This document shows positions 30,736-49,462 of a stretch of 64,000 nt of DNA, piece after piece. The translations under genes and the position numbers were made by a program. Position 1 is the first letter of the stretch. Each line of letters begins with the position of its first letter. The stretch lies in assembly GCF_009914755.1 (NCBI RefSeq), contig NC_060947.1. One strand, 5' to 3'. The DNA is from the human T2T-CHM13v2.0 reference genome, Homo sapiens. The notes below the pieces were generated by a model. It was not told where the DNA came from. It saw only the letters and a list, made by a program, of their open reading frames with translations, and did no database searches.

Positions 30736-32586
30736 GTTGTAAAAAGTACAAGAGCATTGCAGTGGTCTAGAGTAAAAACAGGTTACCTACAAATGAATGA
30801 TAAACAACTGACATCACTCTCATCAGGAAGGCTAATAAAAGACAATAAAACACTGTCTTCTAAATTGAGAAGAAAAAATTCTGATCCTACCATCTGTACT
30901 TAGTCAATCAAGTGTGAAGCAATATAAAGACATTTTTGGACATGCAAAAGAATACCAAATAGGATACTCATGCAATATATTTGAAAATATTACTCATAGA
31001 AGTATTTTAGGGGAAAAAAGAAGAATTCCATGACACCAGAAACAGTGGCAGCTAAGTATGATCCAGATATAGCAACAGACACTTGAAACAAATAAATGAA
31101 TTCATTTGACCTTGACACTTGGGAGAGTCTCCTTCAAGCAACAAAGTTTAAATGACAGAAATAACAGTTCATTTCTTAAGATTCGAATCACATTATGTGA
31201 TATTTATTATTTAAAATAATTTAAAAAATTTTTAAATCTTTAAATTATATGTATCAGTGGAATATTATGCAGTTGTTTCAAAAAGTTGAGTAAGATGGAA
31301 CTATGTGTACTGACATGGATAGATACCCATAAATGAAAAAAATGCAGAATAGCATATATGTAAATAAGTATATGTATATAAATATTAACATGTATCTATA
31401 TCTATATAAAGATACAATATATCATATATAAAAAGTATGTCTTTATAAATATTTGTATATTAATTAAAATCATGTCTGGAAAGATTTGTTAACAGCTGTG
31501 TCTACAGGTTTGGGGATGGGGTGGATTTTACTTGTACGTAGTACATATATACTATGTACAAGTATATATTATTACTTATATAATAACAAAAATGACAAAA
31601 AGATACAGCAATAAAGATTTAGAAAGATGTCCATGATCTACTGTAAAATGAAAAAATTAAGTTGCAGAACAGTATGTATACAGCACAGTATTTTTATGAA
31701 TATAATGTTATATGTATGTAAATAGATCTGTATAAGCTTAAGAAAAGTCAAGAAGAATAAGCATCAAATTATTAGTGGTTACTTTTGTGATTTGAAGGGG
31801 CAGAAAAGGAAAATTAAAGTTCCTACATTATATAACTCATAAAATAAGTCAGGCCAGGCACAGTGGCTCATGCCTGTAATCCCAGCACTTTGGAGGCCAA
31901 GGCAGGTGGATCACGAGGTCAAGAGTTCGAGACCAGCCTGGCCAACATGGTAAAACCCCGTCTCTACTAATACAACAATTAGCCGGGCGTGGTGGCACGT
32001 GCCTGTAATCCCAGCTACTCAGGAGGCTGAGGCAGGAGAATTACTTGAACCCGGGAGGCAGACCGAGATCATGCCACTGCACTCCAGCCTGGGCGACAGA
32101 GCAAGACTCCGTCTAGGGTTTAAAAAAAAAAAAAAGTCATGGTATTAATGATGATTTTTACTTTCTTTTCTTCTCTTTTTTTGTCAAATTAAATCCCCCC
32201 AAACATGATTAAATTAAAAACCATAACTTTTTTTTTTAAAGAAGGAAACGGATAACTGGCATTTTAAGTGAAAATCTAAAAGTTCTTCCTACCCACTAAA
32301 ACAATCCATGAGTCAGTTTTCATTCTGTCATTAATACAAATATAGACACTGCTTGCAAGTTCTTAGCTAATTCACCAGAGGGCTCTCTTACCAAAGATAG
32401 TTTGTCATCTCTACTGAGAGGTTCTGAACACCTGCAGCCTAAGTCATAGCCTTCTTAAATACCTGTGACCTCAGCATCTTGTGACATAGACCATTTCATC
32501 TCAAAGGACAGAATTTTAGAAGAGAAGGCATTTCTTTAAAACAATAAGCAAAGAGTAAGGAATTGGTTAGAAAGAATGATACTTAC

Positions 32587-33524
32587 ATGTAAACACAATT
32601 CGCTGGGTACAGAAGTTATCACATTCAGGTCCCTTTTGAACACTGATATATTAGCAGGCTGACTTGCAGCCACATTGGACAGAAGCTTAGAGCCTGTCTG
32701 TTGGAAATTAGGGGATTGTACAGGGCTATCTTTAATTCCACAGTGACTGATGGCTATGACTTCTGTCACTGGACAGGAGAGGGTATCTTCAGCAGAGGAA
32801 GAAAATGGAGAGTCTATGCTTTGGGTATCCTTCTGACTCTCGGGATAGATGCTAGAGATGCTGTGCTCCTGATAGAGCAAGTTTCTTAATTTTTCATCCA
32901 GAGTTTTAATTCGGTTGTCTGCAAACTCCAGTTTTGGAGGTCTTTCTCCATCTGATTCCAGGACAGTAGTGGGTTGAAGGGTAGTTGGTTCAAGGCCAGG
33001 GGTCTGAGTGGGAATGACTGTCTTAGGAGAACTTGCTTCAGTGTTCACTGTAGTTTCTCCTTCTTGAGAAATAAACTCTGCATCCATAGCTGGCTGCTGT
33101 ACTGATAAGGTTTGAGGCTTTTGATCAAATGCCAGAGTTGTAAGAGAGTTACCAGAAGTCTGAGTTGATTCGCCAGGATGGGACATAAGTGCATCAGCCT
33201 GACTGGCAGTTTGGTGACATGGATACACAGGTATGAATATGCTTGCTTGTTTGGTGAGTCCCTCACATTCAGCTGGAACTGCACGAACTGAAGTAGTAGA
33301 GTAACTGGAACTATTAGTAACTGGTGCCATTATCTGCCTGTTATCTTCCACTTGATAAAGTATAGCTGGCTGCTTGGTTTCTACACTAGCACATTCAGAA
33401 ATCTTACCATCAACCACATCCTTGTGTTCTGATTTGGAGGTGAAAAGTGCACGGTGGCATGGATTATTTTCTATAGTGAGCAATGTGTCCCGTGATATTT
33501 CCTTATTACTTGTGTTTTTTGGAC
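32587..33524 (-). CDS. WNK3: WNK3 large coding exon (~17): [21 protein letters not shown]...[21 protein letters not shown]...SELCLH
   Basis: ttattgttccAG|GT CCA AAA...TTA CAT|GTAAGT; 938 nt, phase 1-0; ORF 32536..33483. Confidence 0.97.
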
Positions 33525-33883
33525 CTGGAACAATAATAAAGAATGGCTAAGCACGTACTGACGAGTACAAAGCACAGACTAGTACCCTAAGTCAAAAGGA
33601 ACAGGAGGACAAAGGGGCAAATGAGAACCTGTGTGAAAGTACTCTCGTAAATAAGACTCAAAACACAGAATTCAACCTGTCAAGGGAAATAATGTTTTCC
33701 TTTTTTCTCATAAATATTAAATAGGAAATGGCTTAAGTTGTATCCTAATATTAATGTCTTCAAAAAAGCTTATGAAAATTCTCATAAGCATAAAATTCCC
33801 ATGGAAACCAGTTAAAGATATCATATGTATTTTGCATCCCATCCTTTGAGTCTGGACAAAGCTGGCAGAGAAGAAAAGCTTAC

Positions 33884-34021
33884 TAGGAAGTGGATGTCGG
33901 CCAGGAACCGCAGACATGGAATGCTGAAGAGAAGGAGGAGACTGAGTCTCACGGTTTCTTATCGTCTGATTGATACAGAATCGCCACCGACCAACTGGGG
34001 ATGACTGAGGAGCAGATTCAT
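33884..34021 (-). CDS. WNK3: WNK3 coding exon (~16): [46 protein letters not shown]
   Basis: atttctgcAG|AT GAA TCT...CTT CCT A|GTAAGC; 138 nt, phase 1-1; contains an RFxI-type motif (RFCI). Confidence 0.96.
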
Positions 34022-35288
34022 CTGCAGAAATAATTAGCAAAAAATAATATGCTAAGCTATTTTCAATTTATTTACCTTATTGACTGAAGAAGCCAGGTTA
34101 AATAAACAATTTGTCTTATATCTCCATTTCTAATAGTACTAGAATATATGTAATTGATAAGACCAGCCCTTTTAATACTGACAAAAAGTCTAAAGTACTA
34201 AGCACACAATATCTTTAGAGAAGGATTTTAGATTCTACTGAAACAAATATTGCTTGAATAGCAATTAGAAACAGGGTACTCTTTGAAAAAACTGACAGCA
34301 CTTTTCTCATTAAAACCTATATCTCTTATTCTGTATCCTGATTATGATAGTGCTTATATAAATCTATACATGTATTAAAATTTACAGAAGTGTACACCAA
34401 AAGAAAATCAGTTTTACTGTATGACATTTTTTAAAATAAAGTAAAATAAACCCCTACATCTTAACTGCTACTTTGTAAATGTACTCAAATAAGTAATTCT
34501 CTTTTAAACTCTACCCAACTTTGTTAGTCAGAAACCTACTCATATCTTGGCTAACCAGAAAAATAAGATATAGGAAGGACTGCATCCTAACACAGTCAAA
34601 CTAAATTTCAGGATAATGGTATCTGGTTCTATTACTCCCACACCACCTTTTGCTTCTTTACGTTCCTGTAATTTCTTCAGGGGTGCTCATTTGTCTATGG
34701 CTCTTATCCCCCTCCCAGACACTCTTTAATATACCCATGACCAGAACTGAGAAGAATGGAAAGATAAAGTCATCAGAAAAGAAAACAGGAGACCCTAGTT
34801 TTCGCTTCTGGAAGTTTATCTGGTATCTGATTTACTAAAAGTTATCAGTGACCAGCGCAAGTAGAAGCATATCATTCATCGTTAGTAGAATAAAATCAAG
34901 ATACGAATGACTATTGAAATATGAGGCAAACTTAGAAAATGATGACTTTTGTTAAAAAGTTTCTATCCATCTCAAATCAGAAAAAAATAACTTACCAGTT
35001 AAGTTTCAAACAGTTATGCCATTTAAGGTCATCAGTACTGTGACTGCTTTTCTGGTAACATGACCACCCAATAACTCAAAAATAAATCAATCAGATAAAG
35101 AACCAACACTTGGGGAAAAGTCAGGGGATGGATTATTACCTTTGGGCCTTTCAAAGTGTGAGAAAACCTACACTAATAAGTTACCAAATTAATTTATTGG
35201 CTAACATCTTTCCCAATGAAGGTGTGTTAAAAGTTTTCAAATGTCTTGCTTCAAAAACCAAATGATAAATTTTACTAAATATACTTAC

Positions 35289-35340
35289 TGCTGGTTTGAG
35301 TAGATGTAGAATTTATCTGTACTTGTTCAGATGACCCTGT
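35289..35340 (-). CDS. WNK3: WNK3 coding exon (~15): TGSSEQVQINSTSTQTS
   Basis: tttttaattcAG|ACA GGG TCA...ACC AGC A|GTAAGT; 52 nt, phase 0-1; separated from the previous exon by an 81-nt intron. Confidence 0.94.
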
Positions 35341-35421
35341 CTGAATTAAAAATGAATAGATAAATTAAAAAGTTCCTGATTCATATCTGAGAAGATCTGT
35401 TTGCTAAACAATTGTTCTCAC

Positions 35422-35577
35422 CTGGCTACTGTTGGAGTCCACAGTAATAGAATCAACTCCAGTGGCTCTTTCTGTGGCAAAGTGGACATGAAGGATCTCC
35501 TGGGCTTGACCTACAATAGCTCTCAATTCTTCTACAAATTTTTCTTTCTCACTTTCCAGCACAAAGTTATCTTCAAC
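35422..35577 (-). CDS. WNK3: WNK3 coding exon (~14): [22 protein letters not shown]...VDSNSSQ
   Basis: acttttgggcAG|GTT GAA GAT...AGC CAG|GTGAGA; 156 nt, phase 0-0. Confidence 0.96.
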
Positions 35578-35600
35578 CTGCCCAAAAGTAAGTCTATTCA

Positions 35601-35891
<291 letters not shown>

Positions 35892-35954
35892 TTATGGTGA
35901 GCTGAGATTGCACCATTGCACTACAGCCTGGGCAACAAGAGCAAAACTCTGTCT

Positions 35955-35987
<33 letters not shown>

Positions 35988-36237
35988 AGAAAAAGAAGAA
36001 TAAAATTAAAATTAAGTATCTAAATCCAAGTGTCACAATAGAATTCACAAAGACCAGCAATAAAATGCCAAAAAATACATTAAATTATTCTGAGACTACT
36101 GACATTTCTCAGATTGGCACTACCTACCAGAGAAGGAACCAGCATTTTAAAAAATATGTCATTCTATAAATTGGTTATTTGAAGAACATAACTGAGGCAA
36201 TGTTTAAAACTAAGATGTCCAAACCCAAAAGCTTTTA

Positions 36238-36594
<357 letters not shown>

Positions 36595-36937
36595 TTAGGT
36601 TAAACATTCCTGAAAAGAATGAAAGAAGAGACAGTTCAGAAAATATTACGTTAAACAAGAACAGAACTGATGATGAAATAATTAACTTTTAAAATGTTTA
36701 ATTCTGCTTGGCTAGAAATGCATACACAAAGAAAGCTGGCAGAAACAAAAAGCATTATATGCACTCTTCCTGCCATCCTAGTCCCATCCCCATCAAAAAA
36801 GGGGAAGATGGAAAAGTAACCTAGAAAATAATAAAAAAAAATAATAAAATAAGGGGGGAAGAAATACTAACTTAAACCTAACAATTCAAAGAAAATATTA
36901 AAAACTAAATGAAACAATAACATGCAAGATGTTAGAT

Positions 36938-37615
<678 letters not shown>

Positions 37616-37846
37616 ATTTAGCTATATTATCTCTAAATGAAACCTCTGCATATTTTCCAGTTAAATATACTGAAACCGGAGGAGATGCAGTGACTTACAC
37701 TTGATGATAACCCAATTTACCTCTGTACAAATTTTTAAAACTAATCGTACTCTAAAAAACAATGGCTCAAAATAAATGGAGACAGAATTATAGGGGAAAA
37801 AAGACAGAATGCTGAAGGGAAGATAATTTGGTCTTACTGCACTTAC

Positions 37847-37963
37847 CATATAGTCTGCAATATCCTCTGGCGCATCACCATCAACATCAAACTTGAAGGT
37901 GACCATCTTGTTGTTGTGTGTCTCCAGCTGACACTCTACCATGTTATCTCCAGAGGTTGATAC
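37847..37963 (-). CDS. WNK3: WNK3 coding exon (~13): [39 protein letters not shown], core of the CCT-like domain
   Basis: tttgtactcAG|GTA TCA...TAT ATG|GTAAGT; 117 nt, phase 0-0; conserved WNK-family [22 protein letters not shown] motif. Confidence 0.97.
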
Positions 37964-38769
37964 CTGAGTACAAACATTTTACCGGTTTAAGAGTCAATCA
38001 CTGTCTTCTTTTTGCAAATTGTGCAAGGAACATCTACACTAGTTCACGTACAATATATGTGGAAAATGGCTTAAATAGTTCAGAATGTTTTCCCTTGGTG
38101 GAATACCATCTAAACAGCCATTCTATGACTAAACTAACAGGTTCAAGTTACTCAGTAAAAAATAAGTTATAAATGTGATCCTGTGGTAAAGAAAACAATA
38201 CAACTTTTATAAGAAAGCAAAAAAAGTTATAATAGTCACTAGAGCTATCTGCAATGCAAAGATTTAAATTTAATAATTCATTTCCAAAATTATCTTAATC
38301 TATAAATTGACTCTAAGCAAAAGAAGAGGCACTGCAAATGGAAATGTAACCTGGACCAATCTTTATGGACAGCAATCTAGCAACATGTATCTAGAAACTT
38401 TAAAAATCTTCATATTCTGATCCATGAATCCGTCTCCTATGGATCTAATAAGGAAATAATCAGGGATAGATACAAAGATTTATGTTCAAGGATTTTGCTG
38501 CAAAGATATACAGACAGACAAAAAGAGTAAAAGACAGCAAGTTAGAAAAAAGACAGACTGGGAAAAAGATGGAAAGAAAGAACATAAACCAAGAACATAG
38601 GGAATGTAAGTTATTTCTCTGTATAAGCAGCTATCTAATGTAGCCATTTAAAATGTCATGTTATTGAAAAATTAATGATACAGGAAGGCATACATGATAT
38701 ATTAGGTTTTTAAAAATGCAGGATATAAAATTATATATAGGTTTAAGCAGCCAACTAAAACATACATTA

Positions 38770-39300
<531 letters not shown>

Positions 39301-39627
39301 AGATTTTTGCTGCGATTACTAGTACTATTACAACCTCAATAATGTAAAACACTACATGTACATACAGGAAAAGGAGAGAAAAACAAACTAAAACATTAAT
39401 AGGAGCTATCTCTGAATGGTGGTTAAAAGTAGATTTTATTTTCTTTCTTATATTTCCTAAGTTTAACAACGAACACATAATACTCACATTGGAAAGTCTG
39501 TAACGGAGAAAAGGTTAGTTTAGAGAGGGTCTCGCAATATTCTACAACTCACTTCTGCAGCACTGCCCCTCTCTGACCCTCCAGACCTCTATATGTACTC
39601 TTAACCAAACCATATTTACAAACTGAC

Positions 39628-39775
39628 CTGAAGGACGGTAAGCTGAAATTTAGTCCCCTTCTCTGGTCGGGGACAGGAAGCTCTTCTCTGTTTGATCCGA
39701 TCCTGTTTGCCATTTCCACTTGGGTTATCAGGGCTACTGACGTTTTCCTTCGTAGTTGCCACATCTTGATTCAAG
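39628..39775 (-). CDS. WNK3: WNK3 coding exon (~12): [50 protein letters not shown]
   Basis: aaaaatattactAG|C TTG AAT...CTT CAG|GTCAGT; 148 nt, phase 2-0. Confidence 0.95.
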
Positions 39776-40814
39776 CTAGTAATATTTTTAAAAAAGTAAC
39801 TCATTCCAGTCTTGACAGTAAAATTCTAAGAAAAACTCCCAATTATAAAACTATAAATAATGAATTTAAGAAAAATTAATACTACAATCTTTTTAAAAGT
39901 TATGACTGCACAACTCTGTGAATATACTAAAAGCCATTAAATTACACACTTTAAATGAGTGAATTATATGGTATGTGAATTATATTTCAATAAAGCTTTC
40001 TTAAAAAGCTGAAAAATCAAGGTCACACTGTATTTATTTAGCATTTAGCAAACCATCTCACAGTGATGAGAATGAAAGAAAAATATTGCCAGTGATAGAC
40101 CTCTGTGGAGCCTTTTATTATAGGGTGCTCTTGATCAGTTTTATCTTGTTTGTTTGGTTACTTTATTAATATCTTCAAACAAAACTTCTAAAACCAAAAC
40201 AAATTATCACTCAAAATATACTTGTTTATGTAATGAACTCAACAGGGTAGACCAGGTATGGGAGACAAGAATAGTGTTCTGCAGGAGGCAGAACAAGATA
40301 TGAAAATGAATGATGTAAAAATAGCTCAACATTATTAATTCTAATTAGTTACATTTTACAGGTCTACATCAATATTATTATGAAAGGGGAGGCTACCTTT
40401 TAGTTTATCTGCGTCAAAGGCATTTTTCAGGTTTTTCTTTAAACTCAAACATATTTCAACAAATACAAAAATTTCAATAAACACGTTTGGAATTTAAATG
40501 ACAAGCTCTAAGTCTCAGACATCTTTTTGAAATAGATATCTTTCAAGTTAATTTAAGCAAGTTATTTCTCCTAAAAACTACTCATGAAGCATCTATATAT
40601 AGATGTACAAGAGATAAAAATAACTCCTAAATTTTTTATGTCCATATGACGTATGACATAAATATAAGTAGTGGAAGAAGATACATTAATACTGCCCTTA
40701 AGAGTTTTTTAAATACACAGAGAAATGGCAGTAACAAGTAATCAGAGGATAAAAGGAATATAATTTTAGCCAATGGGCTATATCATTCACATTCCAAAGT
40801 TACTTAACACATCA

Positions 40815-42780
<1,966 letters not shown>

Positions 42781-43159
42781 TTATACAGAAAAATACTAGT
42801 TTTCAAGTACTAAATAATAATACAATTAAATATCTAGTTGTAATTTATTTCTTTAGATTAGCTAGAATTCTACTCTAAACTCTATTGTTTCTTCCTTCCT
42901 TAACCCTTACCAGCTTTTCCTAGAACAGAATGGTATAAATAAACACAATAAGAAAATGATCAATTAATTTCACAATCCATATGATCCCTACTGACATAAA
43001 AAAGCAAAAAAAAAAAAAAAAACTATCGTCTTTATTAAACATCCACACAAGTACAAGAATACAGAAGCTTCTCTAGTCAGGATGCACTAAGCACCTAATG
43101 AGTAAACAAACTTCAGCATATCCTCATTGTTCTCATGGTATTAATTTGAAGATACTTAC

Positions 43160-43224
43160 CTTCGAACTAAATCTGGTTTTAGAAGAGCTGCTTGTTGTTC
43201 AGCTCCAACTGGTTGGGATACAGG
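43160..43224 (-). CDS. WNK3: WNK3 coding exon (~11): [21 protein letters not shown]
   Basis: tctgtactgtttacAG|CCT GTA TCC...GTT CGA AG|GTAAGT; 65 nt, phase 0-2; joins the next exon in frame (AG+C = Ser). Confidence 0.94.
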
Positions 43225-44703
43225 CTGTAAACAGTACAGACATAAAACTTGCTATGATAACAGTAAAATTCAAGCTAAATATACAATTTGTTACTATTCA
43301 GAAAACACGATAGTTTTGGTTACCTTGCAAACCTGGTAGAATATCTATGTTATTGAATGTCTGTATCAATCCTATTATTAACATTATTACCAAAGATAAA
43401 TAAAATTTAACAATACAACAAGTACATCTTATACATGAAGATTTTTCATTTGAAAAAGTTATTACTGTTATATGTACTTTTGTTTTGAGTTATTTTTCAA
43501 TGGAAGACACTACTATCGAGCTTCCAGTCCTAGTTGTAAGACTACTACTTAAAAGAAGAGGTACTACCATTCTACAAGAAGATAAATCAATGACTCAAGC
43601 ATTAACTTATTGTGTAGTCTGTCTGTCTGTCTCTCATCTCTTTTCTCTAGACTATTTCAACTATCCCTTCAAGGAATTAGTACTCAGCAGCTGCAACATT
43701 GGCTTCCAGGAGAAAAGTGTTTAAGCTCTTAATAGGGCAAATACCAATTCTACTGGAAAATAATTTTACATTTACCTAATCCATCCTCTATGCACTGCCA
43801 CTAGTGATAGCAGAGTGATCTTAGAATGCAAATCTAACAAAACTGATAATTTCCTTACCCAGTTTAAACCCTATATGATGGTGCCTCATCTTCTATAAGA
43901 TTAAGGTCCTTCAGATGGCAAATAATGTTCTCAATGAACTGGCCTATACCTGATTATCTAGCCTTATCTCTCTGTTTGAAGCCACGCTAAACTGTAGCTC
44001 CTCTGTATAAATTAGGCTCTTCTGCATATTGTGACTCTACTTATATTCCTCCACTTCCCTAAACTATTTCAAACTATTTCATCATTCTAATCAACCCATA
44101 CTGAGAAATTTTTTCCTGCATAAATTAGACTAGCTTCTAATTATAGATTAGTTAATTAGCTCTTTAACATAATTACTGTTTAAACATTGAGAGCAAATAT
44201 TTCGGCAAATAGTGTTTTTGTACACTTAAGATTCAACAAAATGTATCTAATTTAACTAATGTTTGTACAGTCCCCGTAAGTTGGAACAGCAACTGGCATC
44301 CTAATGCATAAATCCAGAGACAAGTGTATGTACTAATCAAAGAGAAACAAAACATAGCTACTATACAATAATATGGAAATATATTTTATAATCACTTGCA
44401 ATTATTAATGGGGTTATTAATGCTACTTTGTGCTGGTGCTCAGAATCATGGCTAATGTTTGGTTTATCTGCCTTCATATCTGATAGGTACAAGTTAAGCT
44501 CTGTCATAATATTTCTAAAGGTTTCAAAATTAATATTTACAAATAGGTGCTGGGCCATTTTTGCAGATGTCTTTCAAATTTAATGAAATGTTTCATTTTT
44601 ACTTTCATTTGTTTGTTTTTTGTTTTGAGATGGAGTCTCGCTCTGTCACCCAGGCTGGAGTGCAGTGGCGTGATCTTGGCTCACTGCAACCTCCACCTCC
44701 TAG

Positions 44704-44931
<228 letters not shown>

Positions 44932-44939
44932 TAAAACTG

Positions 44940-45335
44940 CAGCCAGCCCTTTTATCTGTGGATTCCACATGCATGGGTTCATCCAATCTTGGATTGAAAA
45001 TGTAATATTCTGCCTGGGCATGGTGGCTCACACCTGTAATCCCAGCACTTTGGGAAGCCAAGGCAAGAGGAATGCTTGAGCCCAGGAGTTTGAAGTTACA
45101 GTGACCTATGATTACACCACTGCAGTCCAACCTGGGACCCTGTCTTAAAAAAAAGAAAAAGAAAAAGACAAGACAAGACAGGACAGTATTTTCAGGATTC
45201 AGAACCCTTGGATATGGAGGGCTGACTTCATGTGTGTGATTCCACAGGGCCAACTGTAGGGCTTAGCATCCTTGGATTTTGGTATCCAAGAAAAGTCCTG
45301 GAACCAATCCCCTACAGATACCAAAGGACGATTGT
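44940..45335 (+). mobile_element. Tigger-derived MITE (MER2/MER8-like) with an inserted Alu monomer
   Basis: cagccagcccttttatctgtggattcc...gtcctggaaccaatcccctacagataccaaaggacgattg terminal motifs. Confidence 0.65.
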
Positions 45336-46574
45336 ACTATAGTGTTGCATATTGATATAATGATGACCTACCCTAAGATTATCAGATTTGAGGCTTGGTA
45401 AGTCTGTTTGTACAAAGTTGAATTTATTTTTTTCTTATTACCAAAGCAAGATGAATATAGATAAGCTTGTTTAACACCTTGGTGTATATTCTTTGAGACC
45501 ATTTTCTGTACACAAACACACACACACACACACGTTTTTAATGTAATCATAATGTATGTACTCTTTTATAATCTTCTTTTTACTGAAAACATCTTAAGTG
45601 TTTAAGAACATGTTAAGGGCTACATAATATCCTTTAGTGTAAACATACCATTATTTATTTAATGGTGCAAGTAAGGGAGACAAACATCTAATTTTTTTGC
45701 TATTTGCAACTATATTTCATATTGTGAGGAACATTCTTGTAGCCAAATCTTTGTATGCATTCTTAATTATTTCCTTAGGAAGCCTTTCTAAAAATGGAAT
45801 TGCTAGACATTTTTAAGGCTTGATATATATTGCCAAATTGCCCTTCAGAAAGGTCTAACCAGTTTACAGTCCTACCAGAGGTTTGTGAAAGTATCCATTT
45901 TCCTCTACATTTGGTATTTGCTATCCTATAAAAATGTTTAATTATTAAATGTATATAACATTATAAAATGTAGGAAAATGGGAAAAATCACCTAGAATGC
46001 TGTTTTCCTAACATGGCTGTGATTATAATATTTGTTTCAATACTATAGGCTTTTGTCATGTGTATAAATGGTTGTAATTATACAGTTTTTTCTGCTTTTT
46101 AAAATGTATTAAGTATTTTTCCTTACCTTTATTGGCCTGCATTACTTCAGTTTTTAATGGGCACATGATAGGACAATAAGTATTCATATTTATCTAACTC
46201 CTCCCCTATTCCTGGATAACTAACTTACTGCCAATTTTATTACATATAAATAAAAATACAGCAAAAATACAGAGATAGCTAACATTCACTATGAAACAAG
46301 CGTTGTAGTATGTGCTTTTTGCTTCCTTTTTATTATTTTCTTCAGATTTATTTCCAGGATTGGCAATATCAGATCATGAACATTTTTATGGCACAGTTTT
46401 TCTTCCTATGTCACCCTTTCCTTTCTTATTTCTACCTTCACACATTTATTGGAAACCTAGTGTGTAGCAGGCACTGTGCTAAGAGGCAGTGAGGATACAA
46501 AATGAATCTGATGGAGTCCCTGGAGTCAAACATTAAACATATATAATAAAGAGTGGGCTGGGCGCAGTGGCTCA

Positions 46575-46814
<240 letters not shown>

Positions 46815-47960
46815 TCAAAAAAAAAAAAAAAGAAAAAGAAAAGTAGATACAGCTACTTCTGCTGGGGCAGGAGCAGGGAATCAATCTTGGTTATATTCTT
46901 GAGGCTCCCCTAACTGGTTCTGAGGTCTTATGTAATGCCAAACCTCGGGAAGGTGTTGAGGAGGATCTTTCTCCTTTACTTGCTCCACCACTCCTCTCCT
47001 CCTCCCATTAGTGGTTCTCAGCCCCAGAAGGGGAGATGGGAGGACAAAAGAGATAAAAAGCTAAGCCCATGTACAACATCCCAGAGATTCTTATTCAGTT
47101 ATTATGGAGTGAAGGAGACCAGTAAAACTGGGATGTACTTTTAAACATTTCATAAATTGCTTTATTATGTTATTGATGTTACAAAGCATATCTCTCCCCT
47201 GAAGTACTTTTAACAACCACTATTTGTTGAGTACCTATTACATGCCAGACACTTCTCATATTTTATATCACCTAATCCTAATAAGCCTGCAATACAGGCA
47301 TTTTTTCTAACATTATAAAAATTTTCCAACACATAGAAAAGTGGAATTGTTCTGTGAAAACCTATATATCTAACACCACCCATAGTCTACAGGATTTTAC
47401 TATATGTACATTATCCCATATATTTCAAAGTAGGTTGCAAATGCAAGATAGGCATTTTAAAACTTTTACAACCATTTAAAACCATTTCACACTAAAAAGA
47501 ACCAAAGCTGGGCGAGATTAAATAACTTTCCTCAAGTCACACAGTGAGTTCAAAGAGCCAGAGTTGAAATCCAGGTCTGACCAATGACACAAATTGGCTC
47601 AAGCCTATATGTATGCTGTATATACCTGGTTAACAGTGGAATTTTTGCTTATTTAATTAAATAAAATTATCACTGTGCATGATGCCCACTTCCATATTTT
47701 TATATTTATATAGAATTCTTCATCTATAAAGACGTTGTCTTGTATAAGGCCAATTGTTGGTGAAGGCAAGATTCTAAACATTTTTTTTTTGAGACAGGGT
47801 CTCACTCTGTTGCCCAGACTGGAGTACAGCCCCAACCTCCCAGGCTCAAAGTGATTCTCCCACTTCAGCCTCCTGAGCAGCTGAGACTACAGGCATGTGC
47901 CACCACACCTGGCTAATTTTTTTAAAAAAAATTTGGGCCAGGTGTGGTGGCTCATGCCTA

Positions 47961-48321
<361 letters not shown>

Positions 48322-49180
48322 TTACAGGTACGAGCCACCGTGCCAGGCCTGAACGATGAAATTTACCCTAAGTTAAAAAACTGATCCAAAAGCACGGTTC
48401 CTGGGATAAAACTCACATAATGACATCCAGCCTATTACATAGGCCAAAATGATGAAAACATACCAGCACTACAAAGACTGACACATAAAAGAGTGATAGG
48501 AACTATGAGAGATGAAAGAGTGATAGGAACTAGGAAGAAGTTCCATTAACTGTAAGGCAGATAGAACTGAATTGAGGGGAGCCTAACTTCATGAAAGCAG
48601 ACTTAAATTCCAAACTTTTATTCTAATACTGCCCCGTTAAGTGATCAAAGGTCTGTAAGAACTAACAAACTGATCAGGCACAGTCTTGCCTCAGCCCTGC
48701 AAAGCTTTCTACAGATATTTGGAAAGAGCAACTAACATTTTTTTTTTTTTTAATGGCAAGAATGAGAATGCATACTGGAGAAGAAAAGGAGAGGACAGAC
48801 TGAGCCATTTCGCAGTCTGGAAGGTAGAGATCTTATAAGTAAAGCCAAATGAGCAAGGATGCAGACACATTTTGGCAGCCCTGCATGTTGGAGATCATAG
48901 TCTTTAAAGTATTTGATTATTTCAGAACATTGGATAATTCATTATGGGAGTAAAAAAAGTAAACCACACTTCAGTACAGAAGAACCAGAATAAATCAATG
49001 CTTACTAATACACAGAAAGTGTGCATCTCCTTGTCCTCAAGCTATAGGCCTATGAAAGGGTTTAATCATCATTCAAGAGGAAAATGGGGCGGGGTGTGGG
49101 TGGCTCATGCCTGTAATGCCAACACTTTGGGAGGCTGAGGCAGGCGAATCATTTGAGGTGAGGAGTTCAAGACTAGCCTA

Positions 49181-49462
<282 letters not shown>

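Noticed and set aside
35341-35421. 81-nt intron (a multiple of 3) as a possible in-frame retained intron
   Set aside because: An in-frame stop follows VRTIV, so retention would not preserve the ORF.
42997-43159. AATAAA (minus strand, 43031-43036) followed by U runs downstream of exon ~11, as an intronic polyadenylation site
   Set aside because: The hexamer is common in this AT-rich DNA and its spacing to the U run is short; it cannot be supported without 3'-end data.
45510-45540. Short (CA)n tract (UG on the transcript strand) as another cryptic exon flank
   Set aside because: The donor context AAC|GTGTGT is poor and I found no convincing acceptor.
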